The notes beneath the pieces are model-generated. The model was not told where the DNA came from. It did not search any database and worked only from the letters and a program-made list of their open reading frames with translations. From Oculina patagonica (Eukaryota), in the NCBI RefSeq assembly GCF_052425735.1, contig NC_135768.1, positions 3,224,001 through 3,288,000 on the forward strand: a stretch of DNA of 64,000 nt, in the 5' to 3' direction. Position numbers and translations under genes: made by a program. Shown piece by piece: positions 13,645 to 25,847 of this stretch (position 1 is the first letter of the stretch; each line of letters opens with the position of its first letter).

Positions 13645-16028
13645 ATGGCGTCGTTACTAAAGATTGCAGCTTTCTTTGGGATTTGCTCAGCACTTCTAGC
13701 TGTTTTAATTGCCTGGTACATGAAGGAGAACTTCGATCCTGAAACTGTGCGAGGTAAAAAGGTGGTAATTTGTGGAGCGTCTACAGGAATTGGAGAGGAA
13801 CTGGCTTATCAGTACTCCAAACTTGGCGCCCAACTTTTGCTCGTTGCTAGGAGAGAAGAGGTGCTAAAAAAAGTCGTAGCCCGTTGTGGTGAATTAGGCG
13901 CGGAATCTGCTAACTACGTTGTCGCTGATCTGTCTTCTTTGGAGGCTGCAAAGCATTTAGCTGCAGTAAGTGTACTACAAGTATAGTAGTGGCAAGTGCC
14001 CATCTTAGCTAGTGTTCTGAGACGGGGAAGGGGGCGGCAGGGGGGCAGGAGGATAGTGAGGCGGGGGCATGATGCGGGATAAATCGGTAAAAATTGAATT
14101 TTTTTTGCAATATTGCATAATATGTTCAAGAAATAGCCCAAAGAGACAGGAACCATTTAAGAAAACAGCCAGAAGGTCTGACACTTGTAATGTATCAGTG
14201 TTCACAAATTTGTGAAGCCCTGACTGGTGGGGGCATTTGACCGTCTAAACAGGGCCGTAACCAGACCTTTGTCATAGACGAGGCAAGAACTTACTAGGGG
14301 GTTCTGGGGGCATGCCCTCCAAAAACTTTTGACATCTAGAAGCTCTGTAACTCTTTCAGACACATTTTTCATGACGCCTTTCTTAAGAAAACTTAATCTT
14401 GTTCAACTGCGGTTTATTTTGCCAACAAACTATATTTTGTTTTTAATTTTCGGCCAAAATCTAAATGAGGCAAGTGCCTCGTCTTGCCTCTTGCTAGTTA
14501 CGGCCCTGCTAAACTGCTGACATAGCAGGGAATTTGACCAAAGTTTTACGAAAAAGTCAAATGCCCGGGTGTTTGCCCAGGGGGGGGGGGGGGGCATGGG
14601 CAGTTTTGGAATTGACTGATACATTATTTACCTTTGCTGACTTCATGTTGATAATCAACTGCAAGAGGTCCATTGGCTGTTAGGATTGTAATTGACATTG
14701 CCTGTGGCATTGGCAACTTCAGAGTGTACATTTTCTGCCCTCTGACGACTAAGAAACTACCCAAAAAGCACCATGAAGCAGGATTGTTTGGACTGCCTAG
14801 CTATGCTTTGTCACAAATAGATTACAGACACACTGGATGCTGTTAAGATTGCAAAGAGGTCAATTACGCAAAAGACATTTTGGGAAATATAAGTAGGGGT
14901 ATGCACCCCCCTGGCCCCAGGAGAGGTGACGCTTGGCTTAATGTATGGCAAGTCTCCCACTCACGTTTCAAAATGCTCTGCCTCCTCTGTTGTAGAAATA
15001 GCTGATGTTAACGGGGGGTGAACAAATTATTTGATGGAACTGATATTATGCATTCGAGCCTAGTGGCCATCAGGCTGGAGTATATCCTGGTTAAGTAGCA
15101 TTCTACTCCCCCCTGGATGGGATGTTAGTCCATCAAAGGGTTGCTCCCCAGGATTAATTTGCCGGTACCCATTATATACACCTGGGTGGAGAGAGGCATT
15201 ATGAAAGTGAAGTGTCTTGCCCAAGAACACAACACAATGACCCCAGGCCAGGACTCAAACTTTGACCGCTCCACCTCATCTCCTACAATGATGATAGGTG
15301 GAAAACAATAAACTGTTATACATAATTGGACACAAGCAGAGAACCAATCAGTCATTAGTTATTTTTTCCACCAGTTCCTAGTAAAAATAAAACCTTCTTG
15401 TCCCCATAATAACTGAAATAATGTTGTATTTATGCAGGAGGTGAAGGAACTATTTGATGGACCCGATATACTAATCCTCAATCATGTATTGCCGTATTAT
15501 GGATTATGGAATGAGAACAGTGATCTCACCAAGGTCCCTCATCTGTTTGCTGTCAACACCATCAGTTACATAAACATTGCCACCTTACTGCTACCTGACC
15601 TTCGGAAAACCAATGGCAGCATTGTAGTCGTGTCATCATTTGTAGGAGTTGTCCCCATCCCAAGGACCACACCCTACTGTGGAAATAAGCATGCACTACA
15701 TGGATTTTTTGACGCAATGCGGATGGATTTGGCACTGCAAGGACACAAGGAAGTCGCCATAACATTGTGTATTTTAGGAAGTATAGACACAATGAATGCT
15801 CGTGTTATGACCAAAGGTCTTCCAGTTGACAAGTCTGTTAAGCGTGAGTCTGTTGATGAATGTTCTATTGCCATGATCAAGGGAGTAGCTCTAAGAAAAC
15901 GTCAAATGTATTTCCCTTGGTACTTAAGTATTGTAGAAACAGCACATTTCTTTTTCCCAAATTTTGTGGAGAGCTTAATTCAAGTTGCAACTAATGAAAA
16001 ACCTCTTGATGACATGTGGAAATGGTGA
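13645..16028 (+). CDS. HSD11B1L: Hydroxysteroid 11-beta-dehydrogenase 1-like SDR, copy A, 303 aa. Exons 13645-13965, 15438-16028
   Basis: N-terminal TM followed by ENFDPE. Rossmann motif [23 protein letters not shown], catalytic YCGNK, ALHGFF, ITLCILG. Phase-0 GT-AG intron. Confidence 0.85.
14188..14627. mobile_element. TAATGTATCAGT-terminated element with a nested CAGGG MITE (14250-14508, TSD ctaaa)
   Basis: Outer taatgtatcagt / actgatacatta. Inner ctaaa|cagggccgtaac..gttacggccctg|ctaaa. Confidence 0.65.
15056..15275 (-). mobile_element. tRNA-derived SINE (Nin/Deu-domain-like core)
   Basis: Core ggtacccat..tacacctgggtggagagagg..aagtgtcttgcccaagaacacaac, shared with 23422-23694 and 30534-31322. 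Confidence 0.7.
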
Positions 16029-16663
16029 AATTTGATTTCAGTCGTGATGCCCATGTCTTCCTTCACTGTTTTATACTGTAACACTTATAATAAAAAGTGT
16101 ATTTGGCAGACAAGCATGCCTGTGTTGAAGAATCACATTAGTAGAATCAGGGGTGTCAGATGGTAAATCTAAGACTTTGTGAGACAGTGATGTAAATGTG
16201 TTGAGCGGTCGAACGTGCGTGGATTCTCTAGAGAGTGTGTGAGCCAATCGCGAGTATATTATTGTTGTCCTTAGATATAAGGCTCTCTATTATGTATTCA
16301 AAGTGTAGTGTGATCTAGTGTGTGAAATGGCTCTGTAACGGATGAGCACATAAAATTTACTGTTTGTTTTTCATCGAGTCTCTGGTGACTCTACAAGTAA
16401 GACTGATATCTTTTCTGCCAGCCCGAGACCTTTTCAGCCTTGAAAACGAAATCGAGAATCCAAGGCATCAAAGAAAAAATTGAGGCCACAAGACCCCTGA
16501 AATTTAGCTAAAATTTTGTGTAACATGCATTTTGTGAAGGACCATTCACCACCCCTAGAATCACTCATAACAGTTATGTTACAGGAGGGTAGCAAAGGGT
16601 TACTGCATGACATGTCAAAGGGGCAAAAATTAGACCGTGAGGTGTGAAAATAGCTAGAAAAGA

Positions 16664-17092
16664 TACCTTATTACATAAAATTTTGGCAACACTTTAATTT
16701 AGCGATATTAGCGATTTTTTCAAAAAATCGCTAAATTAAAATGCACCAAAATTAAGTGTCGCTAAATTTAAATCATCGCTTAATTAAAATGAGTATTATA
16801 TGAAATTCCTCCATCTGGTCCGTTTCACACGATCATGTTATTTTACGGTAGATTATGACATGTATCGGATGAGATAAACGATTAATAATTTTTTTAACAT
16901 GTTCTATTGTCATCGCAAAAGTTTTGAATACCTTACCTTAATGCGCAAAAAAGTTTCAGCTTGTGAAATCGCTAAAATTAAGTGACTTATGTTGCAAAAT
17001 TTACGAAAAATCGCTAAATTAATGTGTCGCTAAATACGGATTTTTCAAAATCGCTAAATTAACGTGACGCCAAAATTTCATGTAATAAGGTA
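16664..17092. mobile_element. MITE (taccttattacat.. / ..atgtaataaggta), same family as 29400-29856
   Basis: TIRs and internal tcgctaaatt repeats. Confidence 0.75.
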
Positions 17093-17300
17093 CCTGATTT
17101 ATGAATTGTGCTGTTACAAGTACCGGTATATGTGACATGTGAATTTGGTTCAAATTTGTGCCTGAAATGGGATCACCCCCTTCTTCCCCTTTGCTGCCCT
17201 CCTACAGCAGTTGATTCTAATTTCTCAAGAATCTTGACACCTCACAAAGTGATTTTTAATAGTCTAATGTTGTACCTTTTACAGAGGTCACAGTATTTAA

Positions 17301-17756
17301 AGTGCACCTAACCCCCGAAACAATACTTTCAAAATTGATTGTACATGAGTTAGAGAGTTGAATGGTTAAATATTTCTTCATCTCAATGTTGCGTTTTTAA
17401 GTTATGAAGGTTTATTTTTCCAATATGTTAATGAGTATGACGTCTACCCAGGCTTTTAAGCATACTTGTTTTGCTTATATCATTATTTACTCGCCATTAC
17501 CAGACACCAAATTTACAATCAAAATTGTGGAAATTGCGAGTATTATGATAATGCCGTTTAAATACTGCTTGTGTGAACCAGTCAAAATCTGTATATTGAA
17601 TGAAGACTGGGTAGACGTCATACTCATTAACATATTGGAAACATAAACCTTCATAACTTAAAAACGCAACATTGAGATGAAGAAATATTTAACCATTCAA
17701 CTCTCTAACTCATGTACAATCAATTTTGAAAGTATTGTTTCGGGGTTAGGTGCACT
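17301..17756. mobile_element. Young TTAA MITE with ~120-bp near-perfect TIRs
   Basis: ttaa|agtgcacctaacccccgaaacaatactttc ... gaaagtattgtttcggggttaggtgcact|ttaa. Confidence 0.85.
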
Positions 17757-18480
17757 TTAAAGTTATTTTTCTGAATACTTTTAAATTGAAGGAAACCTCA
17801 AAAGAATAGTTTTCTAACATAGAAAAACAACAAAGGAGTAATAAAAATGCAAAAATAGCCAAGGATCAGGTTTCAACTGATGATGATTAAGATGTACTTT
17901 GAATGACAAACATGAAAAAATTGCCAGTTTTTTCATGATTGGCCCCAAGAGAAACAGTGACTTTGTTTTCCAAATACCATTGACAAAATTCATTATTTCC
18001 CATGGGGCCAGTTGTTAACTGTTTTATTACCCCCCCCCCCTCCCCCGGCTAACTAGACTTCACTCATTGTGTGTCCTCGTGTGAAGTAATTTCCTCATGC
18101 ACTCAAAAGAATTGTTCGCCCACTTCACTGATCCTTAGGACAATGACAGACTACCTGTTATACCCCAACTGAAAAAGACACTATTGTCACCTTTCCTGTG
18201 ATTGCCTAAAAACTGAAAATGACATGATGGGAACAGTTTTATGGAGGTCCTGGAGGTCACACATTATTTTTGAAAAACACTTTTGAGTACAATTTAAATA
18301 CTTTTATTGCGGTTTTTCAGTGAAATGCGAACTCTGAAATTCAAAATCCATCGTTTTAGGCTGCCGTCAATTATCATAATTATTATGGTGACAGCCAACA
18401 AACAATAAAAAACTGAAACAAACAATTAAATGGATGGAAATCTACCAATCACAACTGACAGACTTGACCTTTTAACCCAT

Positions 18481-18514
<34 letters not shown>

Positions 18515-19026
18515 AAGATAATTGATGGCAGCAAAAAGCGTACACCGTTGGTCAAGGATTGAATTTCAGAGTTCACATTTCACTGAAAACTGCAATTACA
18601 TGACAGTTTTCCTTACTCTTTTTATAGACTTTATACCTCAAGACATCCCTTCCTTTTTGTATACCTCCAGCCTGAACAACAGTGAACAAGGTACTCCTTT
18701 TGGGTGGAGCCTCCCTGTATCGTCAACTATAGGGTCTGGGAGTCCATGCCTCTATGAGACTGAGATATCTTCAAGTCAAATTAAATTTTTCATGTAGAAA
18801 TTATTTTGCATACCAACATGTTTAAAACAAAAAATAAAAACTTAGTTTTTCTCCGCAATCTTGAACCACTTTGCATTCATTTGCTGTTTCTTACTGGTTT
18901 CAATATGCATGTCATGATCATATGCAGTTCCAAGGTTAGTGAGGCTTGTCCTTGGGAGTTGTACATTTTTGAGGTGACAAGCGTTCAATCATTTGCCTTG
19001 AAGGCTTTTCAAATAGAGCCATCCCT

Positions 19027-19093
19027 TAGCCTGAATTTCAGACATCCCTCTGGGGAGTAGGCGACCACAGAGGGATGTCTGAAATTCAGGCTA
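19027..19093. mobile_element. 67-bp hairpin micro-MITE (TAGCCTG ends)
   Basis: tagcctgaatttcagacatccctctg / cagagggatgtctgaaattcaggcta, with flanking gccatccc duplication. Relative at 44429-44517. Confidence 0.7.
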
Positions 19094-19145
19094 GCCATCC
19101 CCAAGTTATGGTTCCTGCTACTGGCAATAATAAAAGGGTTTGAAT

Positions 19146-19499
19146 CCCCGGTGGGGGGGGGGGGTACTCAAAAAAGGTTTATACGGGGAGGCTCTGCCCC
19201 GAGGTCCAACCCCTTACCCTTTTATATACCATTTCGTATATACCATCCCTTTCATATACCTTTTATTGAAAAAAAAAGTACCCCTTTCATATACCTACAC
19301 TACATGTACTTAAAACAGGACGTATACTTGACATTTTTATGTAGCGCTTAATAAATTAAGACGATACAGCCATTAGTTACTTCTTTTCGAAATATGCCCT
19401 ACCCTTTTATATACCTGAAGTTCGAAAAAGGTACTCCTTTCGGGCGGAGCCTCCCCGTATAGGCCATTATAGGGAGTACCCCCCCCCCCCCCCCCCGGG
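19146..19499. mobile_element. CCCGGG-terminated non-autonomous element
   Basis: ccccgg..gggtactc / gagtaccc..ccggg termini, with tttgaat duplicated on the flanks. Confidence 0.65.
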
Positions 19500-19818
19500 T
19501 TTGAATCAAGCTCACAAAATGGAAATCAAGCAGTACACATCTGGTCAAGTGTGTTCAGTTCGCCAATCTGATTGGTTGATGAACAGCTAATCTCGTACCC
19601 AGATCTTCTCAACCCTCGAGAAGATCTGGGTACGAGATTTAATCAAGCCTACATGAAGCATTTTTTATCAGATTATTAGAAAACTAAATTTTCATGTCTA
19701 ACTTCCGTAGCTAAAAGTCACAACTGCCGCTACATACTCCCCCGAGTTTTCTTTTGTGCCTGGGGCACGAGGAACAAGTGGCCCTGGGGACACATGATTT
19801 GATTGGCTAGATCTTTAA

Positions 19819-21786
<1,968 letters not shown>

Positions 21787-22911
21787 AATTTTATTTCATA
21801 TTTGTAAAACCCATGTTCTTGATTTTACTAAAGACTACTAAGTAATATATCAAACACGAGAGGGAGTGTTTTATCTCATTTCCAAACACTGAGAAGAGAG
21901 TTGAAAATACGACATGCTGCAAAGTATTTTTGATGAACTTCGAGGTGTTTGTAAATTTAATGATCAGGTGTTTGATATATCTTCTCAATCAAAACTAAAA
22001 CTACAGAGAAAATGGAGACAAAATTTTAAAAATCTATGCTAATCAATATTACATAAATTATCCAAACCACCATCAATGGTTCTGTTTCCCTTTGCTTTAA
22101 CTTGATAAATTATTAATGAGTTTGAGAATATATTACCCGGTAATCTAATTTCTTACTGTAAATTTTCATAAATTTTTATACTCTTATTTGTAGAGGCAAT
22201 ATAATAACAATTAACTACTCATAATAACTGATAATTGAGCAGTTACACAAGTTAAACCCCAGTTTTTGTCCAATTTCTTAGAAAACTACCAAAAAAAAAT
22301 CGAAAAAAGCTCTGGGCTTGTATTTGCTCAACCCCCTGTTTGGGGAGTGCTAATATATATATGGGGGGGGGGGGGTTTCAGATGGAACTTTGTTTTTCAA
22401 AAATGTTTGGGTCTATAGTTTGAAAGGATATTGCACAGAAAATATTTGTGTATACATGAAAGAATACCACCACAGGCAGACCACCTTATGTGTTCGTGGT
22501 CAATATTGTTGACATGAGACGAACAAAAGAAATTTTGAAATCTGTAAGGTTTACTGAAATAAAGCTCTGGAAATTACATATCTAAATTACTTTTCGCTCT
22601 AAATATCTCAATAAAGTTTAATGAAACATTTATCGACTCGTGTTGTATTTCTCCGCCTGCACGGGCCTTCCACATGTAAAAACTCTCTAAACATACTAAA
22701 CATAACAAATGAAGATGAAACTTAATGAGCGTTACTGCAGGTCTTGTAATCTACAAAACAAGCTCTACAATAGGGGCCTTATAATCAGAAAAGTTAAATA
22801 TAAGCCCATGGGCTTCTATATTTGGAGAGCTTACCATTGGAAGGATTTTTGCATCTGAGAATTGGGGGGAGGGGGGGGGGGCTTATGTTTTGAATTTTAC
22901 AATATACTAGT

Positions 22912-23399
22912 ACAGTTGAAGCTCTCTTTACGGACATTCTCGTAAGCGGACATCTCTACTTATGGCCACCTTGTTTGAAACCCCTTTTAACTCCCGTACA
23001 AGCTCTGTATATTTACATTCTGGTAAGCCAACATTCCCGTAAGTGGCCGTGGACACTTGCAGAGATTACAACTTGGACATTTTCTTTGTTTTTAAGCTCC
23101 CGTAAGCGGACACCCAAAGAAAATCCTATTAAAACCTCTGTATCTTGTTTTTATTAATCAATTTCACATCGCTGTTCTTCACAATGATTTTACAGTAATT
23201 ACAGTACCATATTTCAGTGTTTGTTTGTCTTAATCCACGCCCCTCTGGTTATTGTTAGCTGGGCAAGCTCCTGCAAGCGGCCATCTATCTCCTACAGCTC
23301 TAGTGGCCGCTTACGAGGGCCATTCTCGTAAGTGGCCAGTTCCCGTTATGGACACTTTTTTCGCGTCCCGACGGTGTCCGCTTATGAGAGCTTCGACTG
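22912..23399. mobile_element. Tc1/mariner-like MITE, TA TSD
   Basis: ta|cagttgaagctctc ... gagagcttcgactg|ta, with internal cgtaagcggac repeats. Confidence 0.7.
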
Positions 23400-23421
23400 T
23401 ATTACGTCCTAAGGAAGCCTC

Positions 23422-23694
23422 AAGCCATAAGGCCCATACTGCCAGAGCTTATTCCAGTTTTTGTAGCAATAAGAAGCTAGGAACATTTCTACACACCCCA
23501 TCTATCGCAGGTACCCCCCTCCCCCCCCCAGCGTTATTTCACCAGTACCCATTTATACACCTGGGTGGAGAAGGACACTATGAGAGTAAAGTGTCTTGCC
23601 CAAGAACACAACTACAGTGACCACAGCCAGGGCTCAAACCCAGACCGCTCCATCTAGAGTCCGGTACACTAACCATAAGGCCACTGCACCTCCC
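23422..23694 (-). mobile_element. tRNA-derived SINE, near full length
   Basis: Minus-strand head with A/B-box-like motifs (tggccttatggttag; ggtttgagccc) plus the conserved core. Confidence 0.7.
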
Positions 23695-23739
23695 ATGATC
23701 ACAGGGATACAAATTGATTATTCAAACTTCTGCAAATTA

Positions 23740-24020
23740 GAGCGGTTTTCACTTGAGTGTCGAAAGTAAATTGCGTTTGCTTTGGTTTTGCATTACTACG
23801 CTTAGTGATTGGCTTAAAAATCTCGCGCCACTTTCTCAGCCAATCAGAAGTAAAACCAAAACCAATCGTGACTCGCTCGCGCACGTTTTCCCGCGCTTTC
23901 TGCCAGCTACATGTATTTGCTTCGAATTTTGATTGGTTCACTGGATTGTCTGTGTCCTTTGTGATTGGCCAAAGTAATTACTTTGGTTTTGGTTTTACGA
24001 CACTCAATTGAAAACTGCTC
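23740..24020. mobile_element. 281-bp CCAAT-rich MITE, copy 1
   Basis: ta|gagcggttttca ... tgaaaactgctc|ta. Near-identical copies at 45900, 52118 and 56409. Confidence 0.85.
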
Positions 24021-24146
24021 TATGAGCTAATTAATTATGCAGTGAAAATAGCCATCTACCCTTAAACCTCGGTAAGCAGAGCTTTAAATTGTTGTATTGT
24101 AACATTGCTTAGAAGTCCTGTTAATGTCTGTGAATTCCTTTAAAAC

Positions 24147-25616
24147 TTAAACCACATTTTCATCATCTGGGTCACCAAACAGTAAAGGCACAGCACCTTC
24201 CCTAGGCTGTTCTGGTCTACGCACATGTCGACGATCCTTCCATACCATCAGAACAGCATACATACAAACTGTAATAGCTATGGCAGAACCGATGACCAAT
24301 GCAATAATTTCACCAGTATTTAGCCAACCTTGATGTGTTTTCGATGCTGGGGGAGCTTTGAGTAGATGGGCAATGCGATCAAGTGAGCCGTTGTTCGGTA
24401 AAGGATCTATGTCTAGTAAATGACAAATCAACGGGTAGATATCTACCATATCAATTGGACCAGACTTGTAACCTTTTTTAAAAGCTGGGCCTTGCGCCAT
24501 GAAGAAAGGATGCATTTGAGGCCCAGACGGAAGCCAGCCGTGAGCTCCTCTTGTTTTGGTGACTGTTAACCCCTTAGAGACATTTTTGATATCATCTGAA
24601 ATGCCTGCAATCCAACCCTCATCCATGATCACAATAATTTCAGGTACATGAATGTTGTGTTTAAAATGAAGTTCTTCAGGTAGTTCCTCTTTGCGGTACA
24701 CATGTAGGTGCGGGTATTGTTTTTCAGCTTTCTTTAAGCTCTCATAAGCACTTGTTATGTTCGTGGCATCCATGAGAAAGTAAGGGCCTGCATATGTCCA
24801 CAGGGTATAATCTTGTTTAGGTGGTAAAAATTCGTCAAAATTGATAACCGTGTTTGAATTAAAAGCCCCTGTCCCGTGATCTGCCGTTATAATTAAATTA
24901 ACTTTGTCCAGTAATTCTTCTTTGTGCAATTGCTGCAGTAGGTACCCTGTGATTTCATTATCCTTCCTGATTTCTTCTGTTACATTTACTGAATCTGGAC
25001 CACAACAATGACCGGCCTCGTCCGGAGAGTCAAAATACAAAGTGACAAAAGAAGGTGGGTTGGGTTTCTTGAGCCATTCTATGATCAAATCGACACGCTT
25101 TATCCATGGCATAGTTGTATTAAAACGATCAACAAAAGGCTTTCCATAATGCAATCCTCTTGGGTTAAACGACGGTTCGTAGCCCTTATATGTGACGTCG
25201 TAGCCTGGCCAATAACACATTCCACTTTTTTCGCCTTGTTTCACGCTGGTCACCCATAGTGGTTCAGCAAATGTGTTCCACCATTTGGAATCATTTGTTT
25301 GCATGGTGAAGGTATCATTTGAGATTGGGTCGTACATCGAGTTTGATATTATACCGTGGCTTTCAGGATAAAGCCCTGTTACAATGGTGTAATGATTAGG
25401 AAATGTTACCGTTGGGAAAACGTTCATTACATATTTAGCTTGTACTCCTTCTTTGATGACGACGTCGAAATGGTCTGTCTTGGTTCGATTCATTTTGAGA
25501 TAATCCCATCGAAAGCCATCAAACGACACCAAGATTACAGTGTCTTTCCGCTTGGCATTAGCGAGTAAGAACGCACAGAGGAACAAAGTACCAAGCAAAA
25601 TCTTTGGAAGGACCAT
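24147..25616 (-). CDS. Ectonucleotide pyrophosphatase/phosphodiesterase (ENPP4/5-like), intronless, 489 aa, type I membrane protein
   Basis: Signal peptide MVLPKILLGTLFLCAFLLANA; SFDGFRWDY; catalytic Thr in PTVTFPNHYTIVTGLYPESHGI; PDEAGH; TADHG; GAHGW; C-terminal TM. True start taken at aaaATGG (25616), not at the ORF-track start. Confidence 0.9.
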   Translation of the reverse strand: MVLPKILLGTLFLCAFLLANAKRKDTVILVSFDGFRWDYLKMNRTKTDHFDVVIKEGVQAKYVMNVFPTVTFPNHYTIVTGLYPESHGIISNSMYDPISNDTFTMQTNDSKWWNTFAEPLWVTSVKQGEKSGMCYWPGYDVTYKGYEPSFNPRGLHYGKPFVDRFNTTMPWIKRVDLIIEWLKKPNPPSFVTLYFDSPDEAGHCCGPDSVNVTEEIRKDNEITGYLLQQLHKEELLDKVNLIITADHGTGAFNSNTVINFDEFLPPKQDYTLWTYAGPYFLMDATNITSAYESLKKAEKQYPHLHVYRKEELPEELHFKHNIHVPEIIVIMDEGWIAGISDDIKNVSKGLTVTKTRGAHGWLPSGPQMHPFFMAQGPAFKKGYKSGPIDMVDIYPLICHLLDIDPLPNNGSLDRIAHLLKAPPASKTHQGWLNTGEIIALVIGSAIAITVCMYAVLMVWKDRRHVRRPEQPREGAVPLLFGDPDDENVV

Positions 25617-25847
25617 TTTGATCGAAATAATAAAAATTATAAAGGTATAAAAAAACAAAAAAACAAAATCACCTGTTCCGTGTGAGCTCCAAATGGGAAT
25701 ATTTATAATCTGTATGATCACGTGATGTGATGGTATGACGGTGACCTGGGTACTAGTCACCTTCTCTTCCACGTGCAACTTGCGTTCTTGCAAGAAGCTC
25801 ATGTTTTGTTTTAGTTTTGATCGCCAAATTATCTCGCTTTGTTAGCC
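25617..25847. promoter_or_regulatory. Compact bidirectional promoter ENPP/NOP58 with two canonical E-boxes
   Basis: Only 231 nt between the start codons. CACGTG at 25719-25724 and 25770-25775. Confidence 0.7.

Noticed and set aside
23699-24011. Recurrent ORFs MNQSK.../MSKVNCVCF... (also at ~52135 and ~56426)
   Set aside because: Chance frames inside the 281-bp MITE; not a gene family.
25617-25802. 62-aa N-terminal extension of the ENPP ORF in the ORF track
   Set aside because: It runs through the shared promoter. A signal peptide and good start context begin at 25616.
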